A DNA stretch of 44,018 nucleotides from Thermofilum sp. (GCA_023269735.1 JAGDWA010000043.1:1587-45604); one strand, 5' to 3'; shown: positions 8,743-17,348, counted from the stretch's first letter. Notes: generated by a model not told the origin, from the sequence alone. Made by a program: numbers and translations.

Positions 8743-9378
8743 ATGGAGCCTGTTCTCCCTCCTGCTCAGAGGAGGACGCCACCGAGTCTAAAGGGCACGA
8801 CGACCGTAGGGATCGCCTTCAAGGACTTCACGGTGCTGGCAGCCGATAGGAGGGCCACCAGCGGGTACTTCATCGCGCACAAGAGGGCTGAGAAGATACA
8901 CAAGGTGGACGACCACGTGGCGGTCACCATCGCTGGCTACGTTGGGGACGCCCAGTGGCTGGTCGACCGGCTCAGGGCTGAGGCCTCCCTCTACAGGAGC
9001 TCCGTCGGCGAACCCCTCAGCGTCCGCTCCCTGGCCACGCTGACGTCGACGCTCATCTTCAGGATGAGGCCGCTCGTGATAGTGCAGATGCTGGTGGGCG
9101 GCGTCGACCACGAGGGGGCCTCCCTCTACAGCCTGGACTGGCTGGGCACCATCACCAGGGAGCGTTACACAGCTACCGGCTCAGGGACCCCCTACGCGAT
9201 CAGCCTGATCGAGAGCGAGTACCGCGAGGACATGAGCCCCGACGAAGCCCTGAAGCTGGCGGCCAGGGCTGTTAGAGCGGCGATGCTGAGAGACCCGGGG
9301 AGCGGCGAGGGGGTCGACCTGGCGCTCATTGCCGCCGGCGAGGGGGTCCGCTTCTTCAGGGGTGAGGATCTGTTCTAG
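8743..9378 (+). CDS. psmB: proteasome subunit beta
   Basis: A propeptide is followed by the catalytic G|[26 protein letters not shown] 8743 is in frame within track ORF 8590..9378. Confidence 0.9.
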   Translation: MEPVLPPAQRRTPPSLKGTTTVGIAFKDFTVLAADRRATSGYFIAHKRAEKIHKVDDHVAVTIAGYVGDAQWLVDRLRAEASLYRSSVGEPLSVRSLATLTSTLIFRMRPLVIVQMLVGGVDHEGASLYSLDWLGTITRERYTATGSGTPYAISLIESEYREDMSPDEALKLAARAVRAAMLRDPGSGEGVDLALIAAGEGVRFFRGEDLF

Positions 9379-9397
9379 CAGCGAGTGATGGGCGGCT

Positions 9398-11308
9398 ATG
9401 GAGGTCCTGGCGGGGACCATACTCGACCTGAGGAGGAGGATATTCGAGCTCCTGCCCCCCGACGCCGAGGTCACGAGGATCGAGTTCGAGGGGCCGCGCA
9501 TAGCCATCTACACGAGGAACCCCGGAGCGTTCATCGCTGACGAGGAGAGGCTGATAAAGGACATCGTCAAGACGATAAAGAAGAGGATCGTCGTCAGGTC
9601 GGACCCCTCGGTCAGGATGCCACAGCACCTCGCGGAGCAGCTCATCAGAGAGGCTGTCCCGAGCGAGGCCGGGATCAGGAGGATCCACTTCAACAGCGAG
9701 GTGGGGGAGGTCGAGATAGAGGCCGAGAAGCCCGGCTACGTAATCGGCAAGGGCGGGGAGACGAGGAGGGAGATCTTCAGGAGGACCGGCTGGCACCCTC
9801 GCATACTCCGGGCGCCAGCCATCCAGTCTCCCACGGTGGCTGAGGTGAGGGAGCTCTTCAGGGCCCGTGCCGACGACAGGCTGCGCCTGCTGAGGTCCGT
9901 CGGAGAGAGGATCTTCAGGGTGAAGCTGTTCGAGAACGAGTACGTCCGGATCGTCGGGCTGGGCGGCTTCCAGGAGGTCGGGCGCAGCGCCATACTCGTC
10001 CAGACGCCCGAGAGCCAGATACTGCTCGACGCTGGGGTGAAGCCCCTCTCGGGCGGGGAGGAGTACCCCTTCTTCGAGGCGCCGGAGTTCGACGTGGAGA
10101 AGCTCGACGCCGTGGTGGTGACCCACTCCCACCTGGACCACTGCGGCTCGCTGCCGTACCTGTTCAAGTTCGGGTACAGGGGCCCGGTCTACATGACGGA
10201 GCCGACCCTCTACCTCACGAAGCTCGTCCTGGAGGACTACCTGAGGGTGGCGCAGAAGGAGGGGAGGCCGCTGCCGTACAGCGAGAGGGACATCGCCACT
10301 GCCCTGCTCCACACGTACACACTGTCCTACGGCGAGGTCACGGACATCGCCCCGGACGTCAAGCTGACGCTCTACAGGTCCGGGCACATACTCGGCGGAG
10401 CCATAGTCCACCTGCACATAGGCGAGGGGCTGGTGAACATCGTCTACACGGGCGACTTCAAGTTCCAGCACACCCTGATGCTGGACGCGGCCGACTACAG
10501 GTTCCCGAGGCTGGAGCTGCTGATAATGGAGGCCACGTACAGCGGCAAGGACGATGTGCTGCCGCACAGGGACGAGGCCTTCAAGCAGCTCGTGAGCATC
10601 GTCGACGAGACGCTAAAGAGGAACGGCGTGGTGCTCGTCCCAGTGCTCGCGGTGGGGAGGGCGCAGGAGGTCCTGCTCGCGCTCAGGATGGCGATGGAGG
10701 GCGGCCTCCTGCCCCAGGTGCCGATATTCATCGAGGGCATGATAGACGAGGTGAACGCCATCCACACGGTCTTCCCCGAATACCTCAACGCAACGGTGAG
10801 CGAGATGATCTTCCGCAAGGTGAACCCCTTCACGGCCCCCAACGTCCACATCCTGAAGGGGGAGGAGAGGGAGGAGGTCGTGGAGGCGCGCCCCTGCATC
10901 ATACTCGCGACCTCCGGCATGCTGACGGGGGGGCCCGTCATGGAGTACCTGAAGCTGCTGGCGGAGGACGAGCGCAGCTCGCTCGTCTTCGTCAGCTACC
11001 AGGTTGAGGGCACGCTGGGGAGGAAGATCCTGCAGGGGCTCAAGGAGGTTTCGTTCGTCGACAGCAGGGGCCGCGTGGAGATCAGGGAGCTCAAGATGCA
11101 GGTGCACAGGGTGGAGGGCTTCTCGGGCCACAGCGATAGGCGCGAGCTGATATCGTACCTGCGCAGGGCGACGCCGACGCCGAAGAAGGTGATCCTCAAT
11201 CACTCCGAGAGGAGCAAGGTGAAGGCCTTCGCCAGGGGGCTCGAAAGGATGTTCCCCAACATCGAATTCTACGTCCCAGAAAACTTAGAGTCCGTCAGAG
11301 CCGTTTAG
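9398..11308 (+). CDS. fttA: aCPSF1/FttA: KH-domain beta-CASP metallo-beta-lactamase RNase (transcription termination factor)
   Basis: 636 aa. Two N-terminal KH-like segments are followed by the MBL motif VVTHSHLDHCG, then beta-CASP motifs and a C-terminal GFSGHSDRREL. Confidence 0.9.
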   Translation: MEVLAGTILDLRRRIFELLPPDAEVTRIEFEGPRIAIYTRNPGAFIADEERLIKDIVKTIKKRIVVRSDPSVRMPQHLAEQLIREAVPSEAGIRRIHFNSEVGEVEIEAEKPGYVIGKGGETRREIFRRTGWHPRILRAPAIQSPTVAEVRELFRARADDRLRLLRSVGERIFRVKLFENEYVRIVGLGGFQEVGRSAILVQTPESQILLDAGVKPLSGGEEYPFFEAPEFDVEKLDAVVVTHSHLDHCGSLPYLFKFGYRGPVYMTEPTLYLTKLVLEDYLRVAQKEGRPLPYSERDIATALLHTYTLSYGEVTDIAPDVKLTLYRSGHILGGAIVHLHIGEGLVNIVYTGDFKFQHTLMLDAADYRFPRLELLIMEATYSGKDDVLPHRDEAFKQLVSIVDETLKRNGVVLVPVLAVGRAQEVLLALRMAMEGGLLPQVPIFIEGMIDEVNAIHTVFPEYLNATVSEMIFRKVNPFTAPNVHILKGEEREEVVEARPCIILATSGMLTGGPVMEYLKLLAEDERSSLVFVSYQVEGTLGRKILQGLKEVSFVDSRGRVEIRELKMQVHRVEGFSGHSDRRELISYLRRATPTPKKVILNHSERSKVKAFARGLERMFPNIEFYVPENLESVRAV

Positions 11309-11360
11309 TGTTAATCGTAGAGGAAAGATTAAAATAGTGCTTCCACGGCTCTCCACTCCG

Positions 11361-11795
11361 ATGAGCTCGGCAATAGATGAAAAGGACTTGGAGATAATAA
11401 AGATGCTCGAAAACAACGCTAGGATACCATTGACAAGAATAGCAGAGAAGGTAGGCATGAGCGACGTAGCCATCAGGAAGAGGCTGAAGAAGCTGGAGGG
11501 GGAGGGCATCATAAAGGGCTACAGGCTGCGCCTCGACCACGCCAAGCTGGGCTACCGCGCGAGGGCGATCATAGGCTTCAACGTGGACGCAACCAGGCTG
11601 CTGGAGGTCGTGAGAACGCTCAGGGAGCACCCCCAGGTCAGGTTCCTGGCGGTCACCTCGGGCGACCACATGGTGATCCTGGACTACTGGGCCAAGGACA
11701 ACCTCGAGCTGGAGAAGTTCATCGAGGAGCTGAAGGCTAAGTACAACGTCCGCGACGTCATGCCGAGCCTCGTCGTAGAGATGATCAAGGAGTGA
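11361..11795 (+). CDS. Lrp/AsnC-family transcriptional regulator
   Basis: HTH DLEIIKMLENNARIPLTRIAEKVGMSDVAIRKRLKKLEGEGIIKGY plus a RAM domain. ATG 11361 lies about 28 nt after AAGATTAAAATAG. The track start at 11337 is the alternative. Confidence 0.85.
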   Translation: MSSAIDEKDLEIIKMLENNARIPLTRIAEKVGMSDVAIRKRLKKLEGEGIIKGYRLRLDHAKLGYRARAIIGFNVDATRLLEVVRTLREHPQVRFLAVTSGDHMVILDYWAKDNLELEKFIEELKAKYNVRDVMPSLVVEMIKE

Positions 11796-11838
11796 CCCCG
11801 AACCCCAGATTTTTCCCCTCCCGAGGCTCGCCGGGCCC

Positions 11839-12351
11839 CTAGCCCCCCTCACTCTCGAGCAGAGGCGGCCTCCTGTCCTCGCCCACGGTCTTGAGGACCA
11901 GGATGGTGTGGGTCTGCACCACGTCGGCGTGCTCGGGCATGTAGCGGATCAGGAAGCTGGCGAGCTCCTCCACGTCCCTCACGCGGACCTTGAGCAGTAT
12001 GTCGTAGTCGCCCGTTATTATGTGGGCCTCCTCCACCCACGGCAGGTCCTTGCGAGCTCGGCAGTCGCTGATTATCTTCTCAGCGAGCAGCTCCTGGTTG
12101 GACTTCTCGCCGCGCAGGCTGACCCGCCTCACCTTCACCAGCACGAAGGCCGTGTACCTGTAGCCGAGCTTGCCCAGGTCGAGGTCTACGCTGTAGCCCC
12201 TGATGATGCCGCTCCTCTCCAGCCGCTCGAGCCTCTCGCTGAGCGTCGTCCTCGCCACCCCGAGCCTCCTCGCGACCTTCGAGAGCGGCGATCTGGCGTT
12301 CGCTAGCAGGAGGCTGAGGAGAGCCCTGTCCAAGTCGTCCAGCACAGGCAT
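11839..12351 (-). CDS. Lrp/AsnC-family transcriptional regulator
   Basis: LDDLDRALLSLLLANARSPLSKVARRLGVARTTLSERLERLERSGIIRGY plus a RAM domain. It is convergent with the preceding lrp gene. Confidence 0.85.
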   Translation of the reverse strand: MPVLDDLDRALLSLLLANARSPLSKVARRLGVARTTLSERLERLERSGIIRGYSVDLDLGKLGYRYTAFVLVKVRRVSLRGEKSNQELLAEKIISDCRARKDLPWVEEAHIITGDYDILLKVRVRDVEELASFLIRYMPEHADVVQTHTILVLKTVGEDRRPPLLESEGG

Positions 12352-12436
12352 GCCGCCGGAGCGAGCCCTAAAAGCTCACGCCGCGCGCTGGTGCAGCGCT
12401 CCAGCGGCCTTCGCTGCGCGGCTGCGAGATCCTCAT

Positions 12437-12456
12437 CTGCCGCCGATTGGCGGCAG
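12437..12456. repeat. perfect 8-bp inverted repeat (hairpin) CTGCCGCC-GATT-GGCGGCAG
   Basis: Read directly from the sequence. It lies in the spacer between the tRNA 3' end and the lrp promoter. Confidence 0.6.
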
Positions 12457-12496
12457 TCGATAAAGCCAGCCCCCGCGGCGGAAGGAGCTCGGCGGA

Positions 12497-12594
12497 TGGT
12501 GGGGCCGCCGGGATTTGAACCCGGGTCCCTCCGCGACCTCGAGCGGTCCACGCGGGCCCGAGCCGCGCATCCTGCCAAGCTGGACTACGGCCCC
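12497..12594 (-). tRNA. tRNA-Pro: tRNA-Pro (anticodon CGG) with ~21-nt intron in the variable-loop region; CCA encoded
   Basis: Hand fold of the reverse complement: acceptor GGGGCCG/CGGCCCC, D arm GTCC-AGCTTGGCA-GGAT, anticodon arm CGCGG-CTCGGGC-CCGCG (CGG at 12558-12560), T arm CCGGG-TTCAAAT-CCCGG, A73 and CCA. Between the anticodon and T stems there are 26 nt instead of 4-5. Confidence 0.8.
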
Positions 12595-12671
12595 CGGTAC
12601 CCGGCGGTGCGGGAGCTTAAGAACTTTCTTAGAAAGGGCAGGGTTATAAGCGGCTCCGCGCCACAGAGCAG

Positions 12672-13469
12672 GTGCCCGAGGGGGACGCTGAAGAGCTGGC
12701 GGAGAGGGCGAGCGCTAGGGCTAGGGGTGGGAAGCGGGCGAAGGACAGCGAGCTCTTCGAGGTGGTGGAGGAGGTTTTCGACTACCCCACCCTGATGGCG
12801 CTCTACAAGCTCCTCAACGCCGGCGTCATAGGCAGGATGCATGGCGCTGTGGCGTCGGGCAAGGAGGCGAGGATCTACTGGGCTGAGGACCCCAGCGGCG
12901 GGGATCTCGCTGTGAAGATATTCCTGACGGTGGCGAGCGAGTTCCGCCGCGGGAGGCTGATCTACATGGAGGGCGACCCGCGCTTCAGGAGGCTGCGCGG
13001 CGACGTCAGGAAGCTCGTTGAGCTGTGGTGCTCCAAGGAGTTCAGAAACCTCAAGAGGGCCCTCGAGGCCGGTGTGAGGGTCCCCCGCCCGATCGCTCGG
13101 AGGGGCAACGTCCTGGTCATGGAGTTCATAGGCGTCCCCGGCGTGCGCGGCAAGCCGGCGCCCTTGCTCAAGGACGTGGAGCTGGAGGACCCGGAGGGGG
13201 CCTTCAGGACCCTCAGGAGCTACATCGAGCTGCTCTACAGGGGGGCGAAGCTCGTCCACGCCGACCTCTCCGAGTACAACGTCATGGTGCGGGGCGGGGA
13301 GCTGATCCTCATAGACTTTGGGTCGGCGGTCGACGTGGGCCACCCGATGGCGCTGGAGTTCCTGAGGAGGGACATCAGGAACATCTTTTCCTACTTCTCC
13401 CGCCTGGGGGTCGACACGGGCGACCCCGACGAGTTCTACAGTGAGCTCTCCGCCTCACCCGCTGGGTAG
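12672..13469 (+). CDS. rio1: RIO-type serine/threonine protein kinase (Rio1-like)
   Basis: 265 aa with no N-terminal wHTH. Motifs are SGKEARIYWA, LVHADLSEYNVMV and LILIDFGSAV. GTG 12672 lies about 25 nt after GTTATAAG. Confidence 0.85.
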   Translation: MPEGDAEELAERASARARGGKRAKDSELFEVVEEVFDYPTLMALYKLLNAGVIGRMHGAVASGKEARIYWAEDPSGGDLAVKIFLTVASEFRRGRLIYMEGDPRFRRLRGDVRKLVELWCSKEFRNLKRALEAGVRVPRPIARRGNVLVMEFIGVPGVRGKPAPLLKDVELEDPEGAFRTLRSYIELLYRGAKLVHADLSEYNVMVRGGELILIDFGSAVDVGHPMALEFLRRDIRNIFSYFSRLGVDTGDPDEFYSELSASPAG

Positions 13470-13473
13470 CCGG

Positions 13474-13806
13474 CTAGGCGCCGGACTCCTCGATCAGCTT
13501 CTTCAGCCCCTTCAGCAGCCCCTTCTCCTCGAGGACCTGAAGCTCGTTGCCGGAGTAGCGGTACACAATGTCGCCCCTTTCATCCCGCTGGAACTCCCAC
13601 ACGGCAACCAGCACTACGTCGCCGACCTTCATCCAGACCCTCTTCCTGTAGCGCCCCGGGATCCTGCAGAGCCTCACCTTACCGTCCTCGCAGAGGACCC
13701 TGGCCCTGTCGTAGCCTAGGAACTGCTGGATCACGCCCAGCAGCATGTCGTTCCCGTTGGGCAGCAGCATCTCGCCCCTCTCCTCCTTCCTCCTCTCCTT
13801 GGGCAC
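13474..13806 (-). CDS. eif1a: translation initiation factor aIF-1A
   Basis: The S1/OB core is GVIQQFLGYDRARVLCEDGKVRLCRIPGRYRKRVWMKVGDVVLVAVWEFQRDERGDIVYRY. Start is chosen at GTG 13806 (VPKERRKEE...), about 26 nt after the TATA-like box. ATG 13770 is the alternative. Confidence 0.85.
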   Translation of the reverse strand: MPKERRKEERGEMLLPNGNDMLLGVIQQFLGYDRARVLCEDGKVRLCRIPGRYRKRVWMKVGDVVLVAVWEFQRDERGDIVYRYSGNELQVLEEKGLLKGLKKLIEESGA

Positions 13807-13827
13807 GGGGTCGCGGTCTCGGCCGCA

Positions 13828-13837
13828 CTTTATTTCG
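13828..13837 (-). promoter_or_regulatory. internal TATA-like box for aIF-1A overlapping the NMD3 stop codon
   Basis: The minus strand reads CGAAATAAAG. The TAA stop of the upstream gene (13830-13832) lies inside it. Confidence 0.4.
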
Positions 13838-14945
13838 CTTGCGTTTCCTCGAGCTTGGGCAGCAGGTAGAGGCGGTGCCCAACGTTCGCCACGAGCACGT
13901 AGGCGCCCGGCTTCAGCCACACCGGGTGCCCGCTGACGCTCAGCGTTACCGCCCGCTGGGAGCCCAGGGGCACCAGGTCGACGACGCCGGAGGTAGCTGA
14001 GGCCACGAGGGCCGGCTCCAGCTCCTCCCTCTTCAGCACCACGCGGCTCCTCTCGATCAAGGGCCTCGCCTCCCCTATCGATAGCTCCGAGTAAGTCTCT
14101 AGGTCGAGGAGTCTGGCCCCCGCGCGCCTGACGTCGAGGACGTAATACAGCCTACCCAAGTACTCGATCACGTCGCCCCGCCTGAAGCCGGGAAGGAGCA
14201 CGCGGAGGGTGCGCCTCGCGAGGCGCCTGCCCGAAGTCGCGCCGACAGCCTTCCGCGTCTCCAGCACCGACGCCAGTAGCTCGCGCCTCAGAGCCGCGAC
14301 TGCGAGCTTCGCGCCGGACAGGGATGAAAAGACGAAGTCGACTCCCCCCTCGCGCTCCACGACGTCCACGAGGTCGGGCGCCCCCCTCCGGGAGCCGACG
14401 GCCTGCTGCACGATCCCCTTCACGGCCTCGATCTCGCCTTTCGTGAGCGGCCTCCCCCTAGCCCTCACCTGCACCCTCGCAGCCTCCCTCTTCGACTTGA
14501 CCATCGCGCAGCTCGTGCAGAGGCCCCACCTGACCCGCAGAGCTACGGTGTGCTCCTCCTCGTACGGCTCCACCCCCTCAGCGGGGGTACCGAGCACCTT
14601 CACCCTGACGAGGCCCCCGCCCCACTCGACGACCTCCAGCGCCACCAGCCTGCCGCGCGCCCTGACCTCCCTCGCCACCGCGCCCCTCACCGCCTCGCTC
14701 AGCGGGTCGCTAGTGAGGGGGCGGACCCACGCCCTCCCGAGCTTGTAGGAGCCGCAGGCCCTGCAGACGGTCACCTCGATCGCGCTGGGCAGCTCGGCCA
14801 GCCTGTGGCTGGCCCTGTAGCAGTCCTCGCACAGGCCGCCGTAGAGCTTGCTCACCCTCCTGCCGCACACCGGGCACACTCGCGCTAGCAGGTCGTCGGA
14901 CACGCCTCGCGACCCCCGGGAGGCCCCCTTCAAGCTTCCCCTCAC
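13830..14945 (-). CDS. nmd3: NMD3-family protein (large-subunit biogenesis/export factor homologue)
   Basis: Zinc-cluster N-terminus: CPVCGRRVSKLYGGLCEDCY...VTVCRACGSYKLGRAW...LCTSC. The GTG start overlaps the upstream stop (GTGA). Confidence 0.8.
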   Translation of the reverse strand: MRGSLKGASRGSRGVSDDLLARVCPVCGRRVSKLYGGLCEDCYRASHRLAELPSAIEVTVCRACGSYKLGRAWVRPLTSDPLSEAVRGAVAREVRARGRLVALEVVEWGGGLVRVKVLGTPAEGVEPYEEEHTVALRVRWGLCTSCAMVKSKREAARVQVRARGRPLTKGEIEAVKGIVQQAVGSRRGAPDLVDVVEREGGVDFVFSSLSGAKLAVAALRRELLASVLETRKAVGATSGRRLARRTLRVLLPGFRRGDVIEYLGRLYYVLDVRRAGARLLDLETYSELSIGEARPLIERSRVVLKREELEPALVASATSGVVDLVPLGSQRAVTLSVSGHPVWLKPGAYVLVANVGHRLYLLPKLEETQAK

Positions 14946-15247
14946 TTGAGCACCAGCTGCACGTGCGGCACGCCCCCCACGTTCACGGCGGCGAGCTTCA
15001 CGCTGGGGATCCTCTTCCCCAGCTCTGAGACGACTCCTTCACCGAAGGCGTTAACCACCGTGGCCCCCCCGCCGATGTAGCTCCACAGCTCGCTCAGGGG
15101 GATCCTCTCGCCGCCGTAGAACTCCGCGCTCACCCTCACCTTGAAGGCCCCGAGGTCGAGCTCCCTGCCTAGCAGCTCCTCGTCGCAGACCGCCACCACC
15201 ACGTCGTTGCCGCTGCGGTGCACCTTTACGTAGCACCACTTGCCCAT
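14942..15247 (-). CDS. DUF424-family protein
   Basis: MGKWCYVKVHRSGNDVVVAVCDEELLGRELD...FYGGERI...GGVPHVQLV matches the DUF424 pattern. ATG 15247 is preferred over the track start at 15385. Confidence 0.65.
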   Translation of the reverse strand: MGKWCYVKVHRSGNDVVVAVCDEELLGRELDLGAFKVRVSAEFYGGERIPLSELWSYIGGGATVVNAFGEGVVSELGKRIPSVKLAAVNVGGVPHVQLVLK

Positions 15248-15398
15248 CCGCCGGCACTGGACAGCCGGCGCTGAGCGCGATATAAGCCTGCTCGCCGGGC
15301 ACGAGAAACCGTTATTAGGAGGTCCCGCCCCGAAGGGTGGGCCGAGGAAGAGGGCTGGTATAGCTGAAGGCCTGATGAACGACACCAGACCCGAGGCC

Positions 15399-16118
15399 TC
15401 AGGCGATCCTCCTGTCCTTCCTCACGACGATGCCCTTGCCCGGCTTGATCTCAAACTCGTAGATCGCAGGCTCGGCGGGCCTCCACCTCATCTTGCGCAC
15501 CCAGATCGTGCGCACGTACCTGCTGCCCGCGTAGCGCAGGCCGAGGACGAATATCCCCGCCGCCAGGAACTCCTCGACGCCGAAGCGGCTCAGCTGGTTG
15601 GAGCCCGTCGGGATCTCGGAGGTGATCAGTGTGGTCGTGCCGATCTTCTTCTCAATGTTTATCAGCAGGCTCCGCACGTAGTCGCGCATCTTGACGACGC
15701 TCTCCTCGCCCACCACCAGGGGGGCTATCGGGTCGATCACTAGCCTGCTCGCGCCCACCCGCTCCACCGCCTCCCTGAGGTCCTCGACGATCGAGCCAAC
15801 CACTGTCTCCACGGGCTTGCTCCTCATGCGCTCGAAGAAGTCGGGCAGCATGGTGACCACGTAGAGCAGCCCCCGCTCGATGAGCGGCTTGAGGTCCCAG
15901 CCGAACAGCCTGGCGCCCTCTACGAAGCTGTCGTACTCCTCGTCCACGAGGAGGTAGACGCCGCCCTCGCCCTTCGAAGCCCCGTGGAGGAGGTAGTTCA
16001 GCGCGAAGAGCGTCTTCCCTGTCCCTGTCTCGCCCGCCACGAGGTACGTCCGCCCCCTGATGAAGCCCCCACCAATGATCTCGTCGAGCCCCTCGATCCC
16101 CGTCTCCGCCAGCTCCAT
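15399..16118 (-). CDS. single-domain KaiC-like RecA-superfamily ATPase (RadA paralogue, aRadC-type)
   Basis: GIEGLDEIIGGGFIRGRTYLVAGETGTGKTLFAL (Walker A), LVIDPI (Walker B) and the typical C-terminal beta-rich segment. Confidence 0.85.
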   Translation of the reverse strand: MELAETGIEGLDEIIGGGFIRGRTYLVAGETGTGKTLFALNYLLHGASKGEGGVYLLVDEEYDSFVEGARLFGWDLKPLIERGLLYVVTMLPDFFERMRSKPVETVVGSIVEDLREAVERVGASRLVIDPIAPLVVGEESVVKMRDYVRSLLINIEKKIGTTTLITSEIPTGSNQLSRFGVEEFLAAGIFVLGLRYAGSRYVRTIWVRKMRWRPAEPAIYEFEIKPGKGIVVRKDRRIA

Positions 16119-16129
16119 CCCGCTCCGGC

Positions 16130-16849
16130 CTACTCCCTCGGCCTCCTCGGTTTTAAAGCGAGCGTGGCGCTCACCGCACGCTCCCCGACGCCCAGGACCT
16201 CCGAAGCGATCAGCCTCACGAAGTCGTCGGAGGGGGCGGCCCCCACGGCGTTCAGCCTCAGGCAGAGCGCGTGCTTGAGCGCCTCCTTCTCGATCCTGTT
16301 GTCCACGTCGCCGCTGGCTATCGCCTGGGCCACTCTGAACGCCACGAAGAACTTCTTGAAGCCCATGATCTTGCGGCTGAGGTTCGGGAAGTCCCTCTCG
16401 ATCCTGTCGAGCAGCCTGGCGAGGTCCTCGTCGCTCCTGAAGCCCAGCAGCGCCGCCGTGGCGACCAGCCTGGCGACCCTGAAAACCGCCTCCTCGCTGT
16501 CGGACCCCATCTCCTCGATGATCGCCTCCCTGCCCTCGCCCGCCAGGAGCCTCTCCGCCGCCCTCTCGGCCCTAACCTCGACGCTCAGGAGCCTTTCGTA
16601 GAAGTCGCCGTACTCCTGGGGGTCAAGGCCAAGGCCGTACCTGGCGACCACGTACACCGTGCACAGCTCCTTGTCGTAGATGTTGATCTTGGCCCGGCCC
16701 CTGATGGGCTCTACGCCGTACTTCGCGTAGACTCTCCTGAGCTCCTCTACCAGCTCCTCCCTGCTCGCGACCTCGCCCCTCAGCGCCCTGGATATCAAGT
16801 CGAGGCAGGCCTCGATGCGCCTAGCGTGCGGCCTCACTGACCGAGCCAC
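16130..16849 (-). CDS. conserved archaeal hypothetical protein (possibly DUF2192-like)
   Basis: 239-aa ORF with protein-like, helical composition and no catalytic motif that I recognise. GTG starts at 16849 or 16837 overlap the rpl10e 3' end. Confidence 0.6.
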   Translation of the reverse strand: MARSVRPHARRIEACLDLISRALRGEVASREELVEELRRVYAKYGVEPIRGRAKINIYDKELCTVYVVARYGLGLDPQEYGDFYERLLSVEVRAERAAERLLAGEGREAIIEEMGSDSEEAVFRVARLVATAALLGFRSDEDLARLLDRIERDFPNLSRKIMGFKKFFVAFRVAQAIASGDVDNRIEKEALKHALCLRLNAVGAAPSDDFVRLIASEVLGVGERAVSATLALKPRRPRE

Positions 16850-17348
16850 CGCTCTCCACGACCAGCTTGCAGGGCAGGGGCAGCTTGGAGGAGGCGCGGC
16901 GCAGCGCCTCCTTCGCGTGCTCGAGGCCGCTCCCGTTGACCCTCACGAGGATCACCGTCTGGCCCGCCACGACCCTCGCCGCCCTGCCCACCGGGGTGCC
17001 GAAGGCCAGGCGCATGCCCTCCTGCAGACGGTCCGCGCCCGCCATCGCCAGCATCTTGTTCTCCCTCAGGATGTGGTGCGGGTACACGCAGATCCTCATG
17101 AAGTAGTTCTGCTCGCCCAGCTTCGAGGCGAGGTACTTGTTGGCGATCTGCCTCGCGGCCTCCAACGCGTTCTGCCTTATCTGGCCACCCCGCTCCACGA
17201 CCAGCCTGAGCGTGTAAGCGAAGTCCCCCCGCGAGTTGCCCAGGTCAAACTTCGGTATCGTGACGGGCGGTATGCTCCCTATGTACTCCAGCTTCGTGTA
17301 GGGTGGCGTGCTAATCCTCCTGTAGCACCTCCCGGGCCTCAGCGGCAT
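16821..17348 (-). CDS. rpl10e: 50S ribosomal protein L10e (uL16)
   Basis: MPLRPGRCYRRISTPPYTKLEYIGSIPP...MRICVYPHHILRENKMLAMAGADRLQEGMR. The 394-aa track ORF is an upstream run-on. ATG is at 17348. Confidence 0.9.
   Translation of the reverse strand: MPLRPGRCYRRISTPPYTKLEYIGSIPPVTIPKFDLGNSRGDFAYTLRLVVERGGQIRQNALEAARQIANKYLASKLGEQNYFMRICVYPHHILRENKMLAMAGADRLQEGMRLAFGTPVGRAARVVAGQTVILVRVNGSGLEHAKEALRRASSKLPLPCKLVVESGGSVSEAAR

Noticed and set aside
12303-12795. ORFs 12303..12578 - and 12391..12795 + spanning the tRNA locus.
   Set aside because: Both read straight through the tRNA-Pro gene and its promoter, and both have R/A/S-rich composition. The RIO kinase start at GTG 12672 behind a TATA box explains the downstream part.
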